Shown here one piece after another: positions 49,399 to 60,075 of a stretch of 64,000 nucleotides of DNA. The notes below the pieces were generated by a model, which was not told the DNA's origin, searched no databases, and was given only the letters and a program-made list of their open reading frames with translations. This DNA is from a virus, in the IMG/VR virus record IMGVR_UViG_3300027974_000020, positions 96,001-160,000 of that record. The stretch is one strand, 5' to 3'. Made by a program: the position numbers and the translations under genes. How positions within the stretch are numbered: position 1 is the first letter of the stretch; each line of letters opens with the position of its first letter.

Positions 49399-51153
49399 AT
49401 GTCTCAAGTAACTATGGACCAATTAAAACATTTTTGGATGCCCTCAGGGGTCCCATGTTTTATCGCAGATCGTTCAGACATCTGCGACTTAGTAGAGGGT
49501 ATGGGTTTCCAAATTTATTACCTTTTGGCTAATGATATTAAAGAAACTAAAGTAACACCTAATACTGCTCACCAAGGAAAATCTTATGGATATGGTGCAA
49601 CTACATATACTTATAATTCTCCAGCCGCTCCTCCACCTCCAATCATTACAAAAAATACAAAATTATTTAAAGTAGTTAATAATTTTGTTGGAAGATCAAT
49701 AGCTATTTCCGCCGACCCTATGCCAGATGAGTTTTTGTCAATTAACGAATCTTGCGAATACTGCATGCCCCCAATTCCTAATGTAATCATTGATAAACTT
49801 GATCAATTCTTTAGACTTGTTCATAGTCAACATGGTACAGAATCAATTGTTATTCTTACTTACAATATGAATGCAACTGGCTCAGAAGGTTGGGGCGTTC
49901 TTGTTCCAGATCAAACAAACACTCCAGCACATTGCAAATACGATGCTGACAGCATTGCTGAATTAAAACCTGAAGATGTTATGATTGTCGGATCTGTTCA
50001 TAGCCATCCAGAAATGAGTGCTTATGCTTCTGGCACAGATCATGCAGACCAAGCAGATTTTGATGGTTTACATATTACTTATGGTTGGCAGAAGTCTCAA
50101 AACAATGGTGCAACTCAGTACCATCTTGAACTTCAAATGTCTGGTCAAAATTATATTCTTAAACCAGAAGATGTTTTTGAAGATATTTCACTTTTAAAAG
50201 ATCCTGATCCAGACGTTGTAGAATGGTCCAATAAAGTAAAAAAAGTTCACCCCCCGTATTCAGCGGGGGTCCCGTCACAAATAACTCAGCAACAATTTCA
50301 GGCTACCCCTCAACGAGCTATACAACAAACGGCTGGGGACTTTAAATCTTTTCACAGTAGTACCCCTCAAATGCAAGAGGCACTATTGAATTTAAAGCTT
50401 CCCTCAGATGCTATTGTTGCTATTGAAATTCAACTTGAATCAGACAATAAAAGCTCTTGCCCATGTTGTGAATATGAAATTGATATTCATGATGTAAACA
50501 GTGGAGCTTGTACTGTTTGTGATATTCCTTTAGTTTCTACTACTGATTCTATAAATCAAATGTGTTTAAAAATTCATGATTATATTTCCAAAAGAAAGAT
50601 TAGTCATACTTCAGCAGTATATCTTTGGGGTTACGATGATAAAGACACCAGAGATTTTATTATAAACATTACTGAAGAATATGAATTTCATGCTTCTAAA
50701 TATTCTACTAGTTATTTAGATTTAGGTAATTCCGTTGTACCGGTTACTTCTTCTCACTGGGATTATTGGAGAGATGACGTTGATGATGATGACTTTTTAT
50801 TCAACAGTCTTCAGCATGCAACTGCCTGTTGCAACACTCCGATGACTAATGCTCACAGCCAATGCGAATGTCCTGTTATGCTGTTTAAAGAAGATTTAGT
50901 TGATTTTGATATTTATGTAAATAAAATAGAATCTGACATATATAGTTATGACGGAAATTGTTTTAATTGTTCATATTATCACACTACTGAATGCCCTGCT
51001 TTCTACAGTTTAGTTTCTGCATTTGTAACTGATAAAAGTAAATTTCTTTTAGATGAAAACACTCCTAAGATAACTGATTGTTCAAAATTTAAATTTTTTA
51101 CTTACGAAGATGAAAGTTTACAAAATCAAACTATTGATATAACAAAAGAATAG
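49399..51153 (+). CDS. JAB/MPN+ metallopeptidase with C-terminal Cys-rich zinc domains
   Basis: TESIV (Glu), VPDQ, GSVHSHPEMSAYASGTD (HxH-x7-S-xx-D); multiple CxxC. Confidence 0.88.
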   Translation: MSQVTMDQLKHFWMPSGVPCFIADRSDICDLVEGMGFQIYYLLANDIKETKVTPNTAHQGKSYGYGATTYTYNSPAAPPPPIITKNTKLFKVVNNFVGRSIAISADPMPDEFLSINESCEYCMPPIPNVIIDKLDQFFRLVHSQHGTESIVILTYNMNATGSEGWGVLVPDQTNTPAHCKYDADSIAELKPEDVMIVGSVHSHPEMSAYASGTDHADQADFDGLHITYGWQKSQNNGATQYHLELQMSGQNYILKPEDVFEDISLLKDPDPDVVEWSNKVKKVHPPYSAGVPSQITQQQFQATPQRAIQQTAGDFKSFHSSTPQMQEALLNLKLPSDAIVAIEIQLESDNKSSCPCCEYEIDIHDVNSGACTVCDIPLVSTTDSINQMCLKIHDYISKRKISHTSAVYLWGYDDKDTRDFIINITEEYEFHASKYSTSYLDLGNSVVPVTSSHWDYWRDDVDDDDFLFNSLQHATACCNTPMTNAHSQCECPVMLFKEDLVDFDIYVNKIESDIYSYDGNCFNCSYYHTTECPAFYSLVSAFVTDKSKFLLDENTPKITDCSKFKFFTYEDESLQNQTIDITKE

Positions 51154-51164
51154 GAGTAAATTAC

Positions 51165-51926
51165 ATGACTGATAATAAACGTTTTGTTGTCATTGGTGCT
51201 GGCGGAATAGGCACTTGGCTTATCGCTGGTCTTGTTAGGCTCTTGGAATGGAAACTTCCTGGTTCAGGTTTAATTATAGTTGATGGTGATAACTATGAAG
51301 AGAAAAATAAAGAGCGTCAAGATTTTGGAAAATTAGGTAATAAAGCAGTTGTTAAAGCAGCTGAACTTACTTCTCAATTTCCTTCTACCACTATTATTCC
51401 AGTTCCTAAATGGGTTGTTTCTGACGAAGATACGGGTGTATCTGCAGATGACGATGCACCAAGGATTAAAGCATCTCAGCTTATCCGCGAAGACGATGTA
51501 GTGTTTGCGGTAGTAGACAATTTTGCAGCACGGAAGATTCTATTTGATGCAGCCGCTAAATTAGACAATATTGATGTTTTTACTGGCGGCAATGATGATT
51601 TATTGTTTGGTTCTGTTTATCATTATCAAAAAAGAAACGGTATACAAGTAACAGAACATCCCGTTACGTTTCACCCTGAATACGAGAATCCACCAGATAA
51701 AAATCCTGGTGAACTTTCTTGTCAAGAAAGATCTAAACTTGAAGGTGGCACTCAGCTATTGGCTACAAACATGGCTGTTGCGTCCTTTATTTTAGGAAGA
51801 GTCCATAAGACAATAGTGCTAGATCAAAGTCCTGACGAGACCGAAATCTATTTTGACTTAGGACTTGGTAAAGCTGAACCATACAACAGAACAGTTTCTC
51901 AGGTTACACAACCTGTGATGATATAA
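51165..51926 (+). CDS. ThiF/MoeB-family E1-like activating enzyme
   Basis: GAGGIG, DGDNYEEKNKERQ, NKA, VDNFAAR, candidate catalytic ELSCQE. Confidence 0.92.
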   Translation: MTDNKRFVVIGAGGIGTWLIAGLVRLLEWKLPGSGLIIVDGDNYEEKNKERQDFGKLGNKAVVKAAELTSQFPSTTIIPVPKWVVSDEDTGVSADDDAPRIKASQLIREDDVVFAVVDNFAARKILFDAAAKLDNIDVFTGGNDDLLFGSVYHYQKRNGIQVTEHPVTFHPEYENPPDKNPGELSCQERSKLEGGTQLLATNMAVASFILGRVHKTIVLDQSPDETEIYFDLGLGKAEPYNRTVSQVTQPVMI

Positions 51927-51942
51927 AAAAAGGAGATATAAC

Positions 51943-52194
51943 ATGGATCAATCATCCAATCAACAGCAGCCATCTGCTGGAAATGGAATGGCAAACGTTA
52001 GATTTGGCGTTTACAATCAACCAGGCAATATCGCTGGTAAGTCTGTAAAAGACGCTAGAGACCAGTTTTCACGCCTTTGGGGAATTCCTCAAGATGCAGT
52101 TGCCTACAAAGGCAAAGATAAACTCGACGAAAACTATGTCATTCAAGCAGGCGACAACGTGGAATTCCACCGTCGTGCCGGCGAGAAGGGTTAA
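51943..52194 (+). CDS. Ubiquitin-like (beta-grasp) protein
   Basis: 83 aa; GKSV..AR..F...IP..AVA....LDENYVIQAGDNVEF; free C-terminal Gly (AGEKG). Confidence 0.82.
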   Translation: MDQSSNQQQPSAGNGMANVRFGVYNQPGNIAGKSVKDARDQFSRLWGIPQDAVAYKGKDKLDENYVIQAGDNVEFHRRAGEKG

Positions 52195-52209
52195 TTAGTT
52201 TTTAAGATC

Positions 52210-52258
52210 GTGGGGGAATCCGTGCGCCTTTCTCATGGGTTCCCCCACACATTTTTTT
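52210..52258 (+). terminator. Intrinsic terminator after Ubl gene
   Basis: GTGGGGGAA...TTCCCCCAC followed by T7. Confidence 0.7.
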
Positions 52259-52291
52259 ACAAGGCACTGATCTATTCATAGAAAGAATATT

Positions 52292-53893
52292 ATGCTCTTT
52301 AATCAAATAAAATTAGGCTATCCATCTTTATGGATTAAATCAACAGAGTTTGATAGATTAATTAATTCAATTGTTCAATATAATTTTAGAGAGTATTTTA
52401 CAATTGATACTGAAAAAGGATTTTCTCAGTACATTGATGGATCTTGGAAACCAGTTCTTGTAGACATTCCAGATCCAGAACAGGGTGGGACTATATTAAC
52501 TACCCCATTTGATTTGTCTTTGTGTTACGAATATATTAATAAATATATTGAATCTTCTAATAAACAAGTTAGTCTTATTATTAAAGTTTTTGGCAAGCCT
52601 GAATCAATAATGAATTATGTTCCTTTAATATCATCTCTCCAATCCAAGCACCGTAATATGTTTTGGAGTGATGAAATTGCAAGCTATCCTCAAATTATAT
52701 TTTTATCTTCTTTTGATGTTCCAGAAGATTATTCTTATTTATTTAAATCTTCTAATTTTGCATTTCCAAACGCGCAAGAATTATACCAAATCATTGATCA
52801 TATTAATGTTTCTTCTGAAGGCAAGTTTGTTGCTCAAGATTCTATTAAAGAAGTAGTTAGATCTGGTTTAGGTCTTAATGAATCTGAATTTATAGATTAT
52901 TGCTTACAGTCTGTAGTCGAAAATGGAACTGTTGATCCTAAATATATTTATGATAATAAAATGCGTTCCATTAAACAGCATGGAATTCTTGAAATTATTA
53001 AGCCAACAATGTCTTTTGATAACATTGGTGGTTTAGATAATATTAAAGACATAATCAGAAGAACTGCTTTTCTACGCGCAAATAAAGATCAAGCTGATAA
53101 GTTCGGGGTAGTTCCAATCCGCAGAGTATTGATGGTGGGTATACCTGGTACTGGTAAATCTGCTATTTGTCAAGCTACTGCTAACGAGCTTCAACTTGAC
53201 CTTGCTAGAACTGGTATAAGCCAAGTAATGAATTCTTTTGTTGGTCAATCAGAAGCTAATATGCGTGCAGTATTTAATCAGATTAAAGCAATGAATCCTC
53301 TTTGTGTTTGGATTGACGAGTTTGGTCGCGACCTTTCTGGTGGTGCTTCTTCTGCTTCTGTTGACGCTGGCACTACAGACAGAGTTCATGGTGAGTTTTT
53401 GACTGGTCTTCAAGAGTTGCCAGAAGAAACATTTTTGATGTGTGCTGCCAATCAATTGGATAATCTTCGTCCAGAAATGTTACGCGCAGATAGATTTGAT
53501 AAGATTATATTTGTTGGTATGCCTTCGCTTAATGAGAGATTAGATATTCTCAAAATTTATCTTAAAGAGATCAACACTGATCACCAATTTGATTATTATG
53601 CTCTTGCAGAATCAACTGAATATTTTACCGGTGCAGAAATTTCTTCTTTAATTCGAGAAGTAAAATTCTTTGTTGTTTCTCAAGATTTTAGACCTATTAA
53701 TACTCAAGATATTATATCTTATGTTCCAAAAATTAGAAATACAATTTGGAACAAACACAGAGACATGGTTCAGTCTATGTATCAGTTCGCTCTCGAACAA
53801 TGGGACTGGGCCTCGACAGAACAATATAATGATGCTAATATGATTATATCTGGCAGATCTTCGGTATCCCCTGAAGTATCTTGGAAAATATAG
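52292..53893 (+). CDS. AAA+ ATPase (Ycf46/CDC48-like; one intact and one degenerate domain)
   Basis: IGGLDNIK, GIPGTGKS, CVWIDE, AANQ, PEMLRADRFD, FTGAEI. Confidence 0.9.
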   Translation: MLFNQIKLGYPSLWIKSTEFDRLINSIVQYNFREYFTIDTEKGFSQYIDGSWKPVLVDIPDPEQGGTILTTPFDLSLCYEYINKYIESSNKQVSLIIKVFGKPESIMNYVPLISSLQSKHRNMFWSDEIASYPQIIFLSSFDVPEDYSYLFKSSNFAFPNAQELYQIIDHINVSSEGKFVAQDSIKEVVRSGLGLNESEFIDYCLQSVVENGTVDPKYIYDNKMRSIKQHGILEIIKPTMSFDNIGGLDNIKDIIRRTAFLRANKDQADKFGVVPIRRVLMVGIPGTGKSAICQATANELQLDLARTGISQVMNSFVGQSEANMRAVFNQIKAMNPLCVWIDEFGRDLSGGASSASVDAGTTDRVHGEFLTGLQELPEETFLMCAANQLDNLRPEMLRADRFDKIIFVGMPSLNERLDILKIYLKEINTDHQFDYYALAESTEYFTGAEISSLIREVKFFVVSQDFRPINTQDIISYVPKIRNTIWNKHRDMVQSMYQFALEQWDWASTEQYNDANMIISGRSSVSPEVSWKI

Positions 53894-53901
53894 GAGTTAA
53901 A

Positions 53902-54522
53902 ATGGATTTTGAAAACATCGATGAGTTTATAGAAACGGTTGAACAACCAACTGTAACAGATACTCTACAAAAAGAATACGATAAAGACCTTTATAAAAAA
54001 TGGTTTCGTTCTAAAACTCAGAGTGGATTTTTGTCCATTAAGCCTTGGTATCAGGGTTTAAAATTTAAAGTTGATATTGGCAAAACTTCTATCGATGGCA
54101 AATTATTGTCTAGCACAATGGTTTATTTAGACGCTATAGATTTTTCTGCTTATCTTAATTCTGTTGCTAATGGCACTGGTAAATTAAATTATATTCAGAA
54201 TGATAAAAGTGGTGTACCAACAACTGAAGGATTTGTATCTTACGGTGGCGGCATTATAGAATCAAAGCCTATATCAAGAATATTTAAATCTCATTACTGG
54301 CAGAATTCAGACCAGTCTTATGATGATTCTGCTTTTGTATGGAAGTGCGGTCATTTTGCTGCTCGAAAAACTGAATCAGGAGCTTTTATACCAGACATGA
54401 AAACATCTCTGTCTGTAGATAGTATCAAAGTTACAAGAGCTGAACTATGCAGCATTGCAAATATTATTAACCTATCTTTAATATCTCATGTTACCAATAA
54501 GTCTGATTGGTACGCAGTATGA
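53902..54522 (+). CDS. Hypothetical protein
   Basis: AGGAG RBS before ATG 53902. Confidence 0.8.
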   Translation: MDFENIDEFIETVEQPTVTDTLQKEYDKDLYKKWFRSKTQSGFLSIKPWYQGLKFKVDIGKTSIDGKLLSSTMVYLDAIDFSAYLNSVANGTGKLNYIQNDKSGVPTTEGFVSYGGGIIESKPISRIFKSHYWQNSDQSYDDSAFVWKCGHFAARKTESGAFIPDMKTSLSVDSIKVTRAELCSIANIINLSLISHVTNKSDWYAV

Positions 54523-54887
54523 TTTACGATAACGATAATGATACTCTCCAGGCTACTTTAAACACTATGCTTGATACTTTAAATAAAACTGTTCAAAATT
54601 CTTTTTCTGATTTAGACAATCGTATTGAATCTTTAGAAAAACAAATGGCTACTTTAGTATTGGCTTACGGCGAGCAAGCTGTTTTTATGGAAGCTTTAAT
54701 TTCTCAAATTTCTTTTGCTTCTGAACAGGCTCAAAAGTCTTTTCATGAGACTCTTAAAGAAGCTAGAAAGTCTATGTTAGAGGTGATGAAAGATGGAGCA
54801 GAAAATCTTGTGGCCCCAAGCGATCCAGTCCTTGGACAAGCCATTGTCAATATGGCTTCTGAAAAGTTATCTGACATTAATAAATGA
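54519..54887 (+). CDS. Coiled-coil hypothetical protein
   Basis: ATGA overlap. Confidence 0.7.
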   Translation: MIYDNDNDTLQATLNTMLDTLNKTVQNSFSDLDNRIESLEKQMATLVLAYGEQAVFMEALISQISFASEQAQKSFHETLKEARKSMLEVMKDGAENLVAPSDPVLGQAIVNMASEKLSDINK

Positions 54888-55076
54888 TAACGAATGTGCT
54901 CTGTTTGTTGACAAGCAAAATTACGAGTTACTGAATAGTTTCGAGTATTTATCTAAAATATATGGGTGTGCTAAACAAGTTTACCCTTCTTTTAAATCAA
55001 TGCATTTTATTAATTCAAACTTTTTAGAACATCTTAGATCAAATAAAATAGAACTATATTCAATAGAGGTCCTTTA

Positions 55077-55799
55077 ATGTCAATTATATCTTCTCCAATA
55101 TCTAAAGCTGATTTTAATGAATTGTACACTCAACGGATACAAAATTATAATCAGTTATTAAAGCTTAATCCTGTTACATATTTTGCTGCTTCTGTAGGGT
55201 CTCGTTCCTATCTTAGGATGCTTGTTTCTGGACAAGCACAGGATCATGTTCCGGAAACTCTTAGACAATCAGAAATTGAAGTTATTTTAAATCATATAGA
55301 TAAAGGTAGAACTGTTACTCCATTAGCTATTGAAAAGATTATAAATGAATATCCCCATGTACAGGTTGATCATTCTGGCCAATATGTATTTCCTGGAGAT
55401 ATAGAAGAATTTTCTTCGACATTTTTTCCCGGTATGCTTCCATCTATAAATAAAGTTATTATTGAACATTTGTTATTTAATAAAGTTATAAACGTTTTTG
55501 GTTCTTCAGCAAAACGATTTTTATTACTTAAAAATTACGATATTTCTGATATATCAATTACCGTAATTCAAAATAAAATAAATTCATGTTCTTATGATAA
55601 ACAAAGCTATGATAATTATTCTAATGTTTTAGAAAAGTATATCGCTACCATTGATGAATCATTAAAGAATTATCAGGTCGATCAACAGTATTTACTTGAT
55701 ATAGTTGATCGTTTATCTAAACGTGTTTTTGAACTGGAAACTGCTTTGGAAACTCAACAAAAAGAAGGTGTCAGTGGATATCTTCTCAGTTGGCATTAA
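55077..55799 (+). CDS. Hypothetical protein
   Basis: 240-aa ORF. Confidence 0.75.
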   Translation: MSIISSPISKADFNELYTQRIQNYNQLLKLNPVTYFAASVGSRSYLRMLVSGQAQDHVPETLRQSEIEVILNHIDKGRTVTPLAIEKIINEYPHVQVDHSGQYVFPGDIEEFSSTFFPGMLPSINKVIIEHLLFNKVINVFGSSAKRFLLLKNYDISDISITVIQNKINSCSYDKQSYDNYSNVLEKYIATIDESLKNYQVDQQYLLDIVDRLSKRVFELETALETQQKEGVSGYLLSWH

Positions 55800-55822
55800 A
55801 TTGAAAGGTATTTATAAAAACT

Positions 55823-57070
55823 ATGGATTCATTTACTAATAAAGAATATTATCAAAAAATACTTCAGTATTTTTATTCTAAAAAAACTGCTCAATATCAA
55901 TTAATCCCATCGGAAAAAATAAACACAAAGGTATGTCAATTAAGTGTTTCTTTGCCCGATATTCCACCGTTTACATATGGTGTCATGCTTAACGGCAGAG
56001 AGAATTTATCAGATAACCACATTGTTATTTGGGATGTTTTTAATACTGGTGAGTTTTATGTCAGCGATGGAGTTTACAATGCTGTAACTTACTTTAAGGG
56101 ATTATTTCCTGTATTTTATATTCATAATCTTAGTGATCAAAATACTGGTGTTTTTAATCCAAGTTTAGGAAATTCTTCTGCTGATTCACCAATTGCTCAA
56201 AATATAGGAGAAAAAACTTTTATATATTATAGATATAAAGATAATAATTATGATGGTTGGGCTTTTACCTGGACTTCATTGTTCAGTAATGAACCAATAG
56301 ATCCTACAGATTTTTCAGATAGTGATGAAAACAATTCTCAACTTGAAATTCCATTTGAAGTTGATAGCAATATAGACGTTAACAATGTCAGCAACGATAT
56401 CTTAGCTAATCTTTTCTCTGCGCTTTCAACTAACCAAAGTGCTTCTATGACAAATGAAAAGATTACTAAATTAATTAAAACTATCAAAATTGGCAAACAA
56501 GCTAAAAATCTTTTGTCTCAAATAGATGAACTTTCTTCTGATTCTAAGAGTTCATCTTCTTGTATTTGTTCTAATTTTACTTGTGTATCAAAATCTTCTT
56601 CTATAAATATAGTTTCAAAAGATCATGCTTTTGCTAATGCACCAGAGGGGTTTAGTTATTGTTCACACAAAAATGCAGAAAAGTCCTTTAACGGAACTGT
56701 TGCAGTTTGTGCTTGGCCCACTGGTAGCCAGCCTAGATGTTCTTTGTATAGTCCAAAAACTGAATTAGTTGAAAGAAGAAATTCTTTAGATACTTTTGGG
56801 AATATTTTATATGATTTTGAAGTTTCATTAAATACATTATCTAATTTTGATAATGTTATTTTTATTAAAAATATGATTAACAATGAAGTTGTTAATACAA
56901 TTACTTACCCAGCCAATGCTAAAAAAGAAGATGTAATAGCTGAATCTATTCGTGTTCTTGAAGAGTTAATTTTAGCTTGGACAGATCTTCCTCAAGAAAA
57001 TAAAAATATTATTTTTCCACAAGTTGAGTCTAGACCAAAGAAAGAAAGTTATATACTTTCATTGGCATAA
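55823..57070 (+). CDS. Hypothetical protein with Cys cluster
   Basis: 415-aa ORF. Confidence 0.75.
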   Translation: MDSFTNKEYYQKILQYFYSKKTAQYQLIPSEKINTKVCQLSVSLPDIPPFTYGVMLNGRENLSDNHIVIWDVFNTGEFYVSDGVYNAVTYFKGLFPVFYIHNLSDQNTGVFNPSLGNSSADSPIAQNIGEKTFIYYRYKDNNYDGWAFTWTSLFSNEPIDPTDFSDSDENNSQLEIPFEVDSNIDVNNVSNDILANLFSALSTNQSASMTNEKITKLIKTIKIGKQAKNLLSQIDELSSDSKSSSSCICSNFTCVSKSSSINIVSKDHAFANAPEGFSYCSHKNAEKSFNGTVAVCAWPTGSQPRCSLYSPKTELVERRNSLDTFGNILYDFEVSLNTLSNFDNVIFIKNMINNEVVNTITYPANAKKEDVIAESIRVLEELILAWTDLPQENKNIIFPQVESRPKKESYILSLA

Positions 57071-57082
57071 GAAAGGTTTAAT

Positions 57083-58600
57083 ATGATAAATATCTTAAAT
57101 TACGATAGTCAGTATACTGAGTTGGTTACTCTTAATTTTACTAAATATTCTGAAGATTATTGTTACGTAAAAGATTCATATTACCATAATACAAGAAGTA
57201 TTCTTCCTTCTATTTTTAATCTTTTTATAGATGCTAGTTATCAAGTTCCAACTCGTTATATAGATCACGACAGGTCTATGAAGAGTACAATTGTTAATCC
57301 GAATAGTTTGTATCCTATTGCTGTTCGGTATGTAACTACAGATAATGTTTACGTAATTGAACGACCTCCTTTTAAGCTATCTGTTGATTTTAAAAATTCT
57401 CGAGCTGCTCATAATTCTCCAAAAGTAGAACCTGTTGAAATTTGGATTCCTTGGACTGTAATGGTTCTTCCTTGGAATCAAGTAGTTAATGGTGATCCTA
57501 GCAATTTAAGACTCTATTTTAATGATGGTCCAATACAATCCTTAGATGATTGTGTAGTAGCACCTTATCTTCCTAATTCTTATTCAGATGGAAGAATATG
57601 CTGGTCTCATTCTTATAATCAGCTCTTAACTCAGCTTAATGTTTCTGAACCAAATACTGTAGATGTTAATTATTTATATTCCTCTATACTTAATGATTAT
57701 TTAATGGGTGGATGGAACACGGATCTAAATTTTCATTATCGTTATCTTCAGTATAGAGATTCTCACACATTTAATGCACAACTTGAATCTAACAATTATC
57801 CAATGATTTCTTTATTTGTTGATACATTAAAAACAAATTTAGATTTTTCAAATAAAGTTAGGTCAATTCTTGAAAGTAAGTTTGGATTAACTAAACGCAG
57901 AAGTCTTTCTTGTGTTGATGGTTCTATAATAAAAGATAAAAATAATGTTCCTTGTTCTAAAGATATATACCTTAAATTATTTGCTTTTATGTCTGCAGCG
58001 TCTCTTTCTGATACTCTTGCTTTTGTTTCTGAACTAAAAAGTATTTCACATTCTTCAAAAAGTATTTATAATAAAAAAAATACTATTTTAGAAATATCTT
58101 CCGTTAATCAAAATGCACACAATAATGATGATAGCATTACTTTATTAGCTTCTACATCCCCGATTAGAAGTGCCGCTGTTAATAATTCTATAGACCCAGA
58201 ATTGCGAACAATGAATGCTATCGTAGTTTATGCTAAAGATTATACTCCTGAGGAATCTGGATTTGTATCTTATGCTTCAAGAAGAGGTGATAATCTTGAG
58301 GCTATTTTAAGTGCGGATTTTGCATCGGAAAGTGATTTGCATGAGCTTATATATTTGTCAATGTATAAATTATGTAAACATAGATATAGTTATGAAACAC
58401 AAGATGAGCATAAGCCTTTTGTTGTTGTTATAAATGGTAACACTGGGACATTATCCATATATGATACTGACTATTTAGATGTTTTATTTTCTCAAGTATC
58501 CAGTAGAATAAAAGAATCTATGTCTAAAAACACTCATTTGAAATCTAATATTCGTGTATCAACCTATGTTGAACAGCATCTAAAGGAGCAAAATGCTTGA
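57083..58600 (+). CDS. Prokaryotic E2-like (UBC-fold) protein 2
   Basis: VIERPP, IWIPW, APYLPNSYSDGRICW, WNTDL. Confidence 0.72.
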   Translation: MINILNYDSQYTELVTLNFTKYSEDYCYVKDSYYHNTRSILPSIFNLFIDASYQVPTRYIDHDRSMKSTIVNPNSLYPIAVRYVTTDNVYVIERPPFKLSVDFKNSRAAHNSPKVEPVEIWIPWTVMVLPWNQVVNGDPSNLRLYFNDGPIQSLDDCVVAPYLPNSYSDGRICWSHSYNQLLTQLNVSEPNTVDVNYLYSSILNDYLMGGWNTDLNFHYRYLQYRDSHTFNAQLESNNYPMISLFVDTLKTNLDFSNKVRSILESKFGLTKRRSLSCVDGSIIKDKNNVPCSKDIYLKLFAFMSAASLSDTLAFVSELKSISHSSKSIYNKKNTILEISSVNQNAHNNDDSITLLASTSPIRSAAVNNSIDPELRTMNAIVVYAKDYTPEESGFVSYASRRGDNLEAILSADFASESDLHELIYLSMYKLCKHRYSYETQDEHKPFVVVINGNTGTLSIYDTDYLDVLFSQVSSRIKESMSKNTHLKSNIRVSTYVEQHLKEQNA

Positions 58601-59720
58601 TACAATCAGTGTTGTAACTGTTAATTCCCCTTATAATTCAATATATTCTGTTGCTAAAGTTGTTACTCAATATGGCAGTGAGTATGTTTTGAATCAAGAG
58701 CAGACAAGAGATTATTTACTTAATCATTATTCTTTGGGATATACTACTTTTTCTTCTCATTCTAAACCTACTGGCCTTATGCCTCCTGGTGTAAAGGCTA
58801 TTTTCCCTAATGTAGTTGTTTTTGAGCGTCCGCCAACTTATCAGAATGTATTCTATATTGCAGATACAGTATCTGAACGAATGTCTGAAGAACAACATGT
58901 TTATAGAGTTGCTCTTCCTTGGCAGCTTTATGTTGCTGTTTATAATTCTGATTTTTATTTAACTAATGTTTATATGTATTTTATGGATGCGCCTCTTACT
59001 TCTATACAGCAGAATATTTATGCTCCAAACATTCCCAATTTCTTTGCAAATGGATTATTGTGTAGGCCTAATTTTTCAACAATGGATGAAGTAGAAAGAT
59101 ATTCAAAAGATGTTTCTGGTATTATTCATTCTACTTTTGATTGGGTTTGGAATAACGGAACCAATCACGATTTAACTGAATCAATGGTTCTACTTCCAAA
59201 ATATACTAAAGATCTTTCTACTACAGTAATCGGTGGCTTACCTATATCTGGTCATTATTTTGATAAAAGCTACTGCAATGGTTATAAGCTTTCTGTAGCA
59301 CAAGTTAAAACAGCTTTTGCTTCTTGGGAAAAAATTGAAATTAAAGATATTTTAAATTATAAATGGGTTTCTCCATCTACCCAACTTCATGATGTCAACA
59401 GTGATAATTATATGTCTTCTATTCAAGAGTCTGCTCCTTATTCTGATAATGTTTATAGTTGGTTATCTGACCATTATTCCGATGAAGATGAAGACGATAT
59501 TATTAATAGAATGGATAATGGAGAATATGATATAGCTGAATATATTTCTTATCTTATAGATAATAATTATGTTTCTCCTCCATTTAATAAAAGAGCTGAT
59601 TTTTCTTATGAGCAAATGTTAAATGTTATTTTTTCAGAAAACAATACTTTAAGAAGAAAAACAGTAGGTATTTTGTCTGATATTAAAAAAATAACTGAGA
59701 TACTTCAACCTGTTTCTTGA
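58593..59720 (+). CDS. Prokaryotic E2-like (UBC-fold) protein 3
   Basis: TGLMPPG, VFERPP, VALPW, APNIPNFFANGLLC, TNHDL. Confidence 0.72.
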   Translation: MLDTISVVTVNSPYNSIYSVAKVVTQYGSEYVLNQEQTRDYLLNHYSLGYTTFSSHSKPTGLMPPGVKAIFPNVVVFERPPTYQNVFYIADTVSERMSEEQHVYRVALPWQLYVAVYNSDFYLTNVYMYFMDAPLTSIQQNIYAPNIPNFFANGLLCRPNFSTMDEVERYSKDVSGIIHSTFDWVWNNGTNHDLTESMVLLPKYTKDLSTTVIGGLPISGHYFDKSYCNGYKLSVAQVKTAFASWEKIEIKDILNYKWVSPSTQLHDVNSDNYMSSIQESAPYSDNVYSWLSDHYSDEDEDDIINRMDNGEYDIAEYISYLIDNNYVSPPFNKRADFSYEQMLNVIFSENNTLRRKTVGILSDIKKITEILQPVS

Positions 59721-59780
59721 CACATTTTTCTTTTAATGCTACTATATATAGATATATAAACTTAAATAAAGGTAGATAAA

Positions 59781-60075
59781 ATGGTCAAAAATGCTATTAC
59801 CGAGCCAATATTTAATAGGTCCGAAGTTGCTCAAATTCTTAATGTATCTACTTTAACCGTTTCTAATAGGGAAAAAAATCGGTAAATATCCTCAAGCTAA
59901 AAGAGATTTAAATAATTATAGAGTATATACTCTAAATGATTTATTTAATCTTCAATTAATTACATATAGTCATGTAGATCCCAAGCCTATTATATCTATA
60001 TTGTATGACAAAGGATATCAAAATATAAAAGTCTTGGGTCAAATGATTGATGATATCTTATCAAAGAGGGTGTGA
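59781..60075 (+). pseudogene. MerR-type HTH gene split by a one-base frameshift in an A7 run
   Basis: Frame 1 RSEVAQILNVSTLTVSNREK; shifted frame continues IGKYPQAKRDLNNYRVYTLNDL; A-run at 59872-59878. Confidence 0.75.

Noticed and set aside
51165-52194. ThiF/ThiS or MoeB/MoaD cofactor biosynthesis
   Set aside because: No thiamine or molybdopterin genes nearby; the Ubl ends KG and is flanked by JAB and E2-like genes, which favours protein conjugation (not formally excluded)
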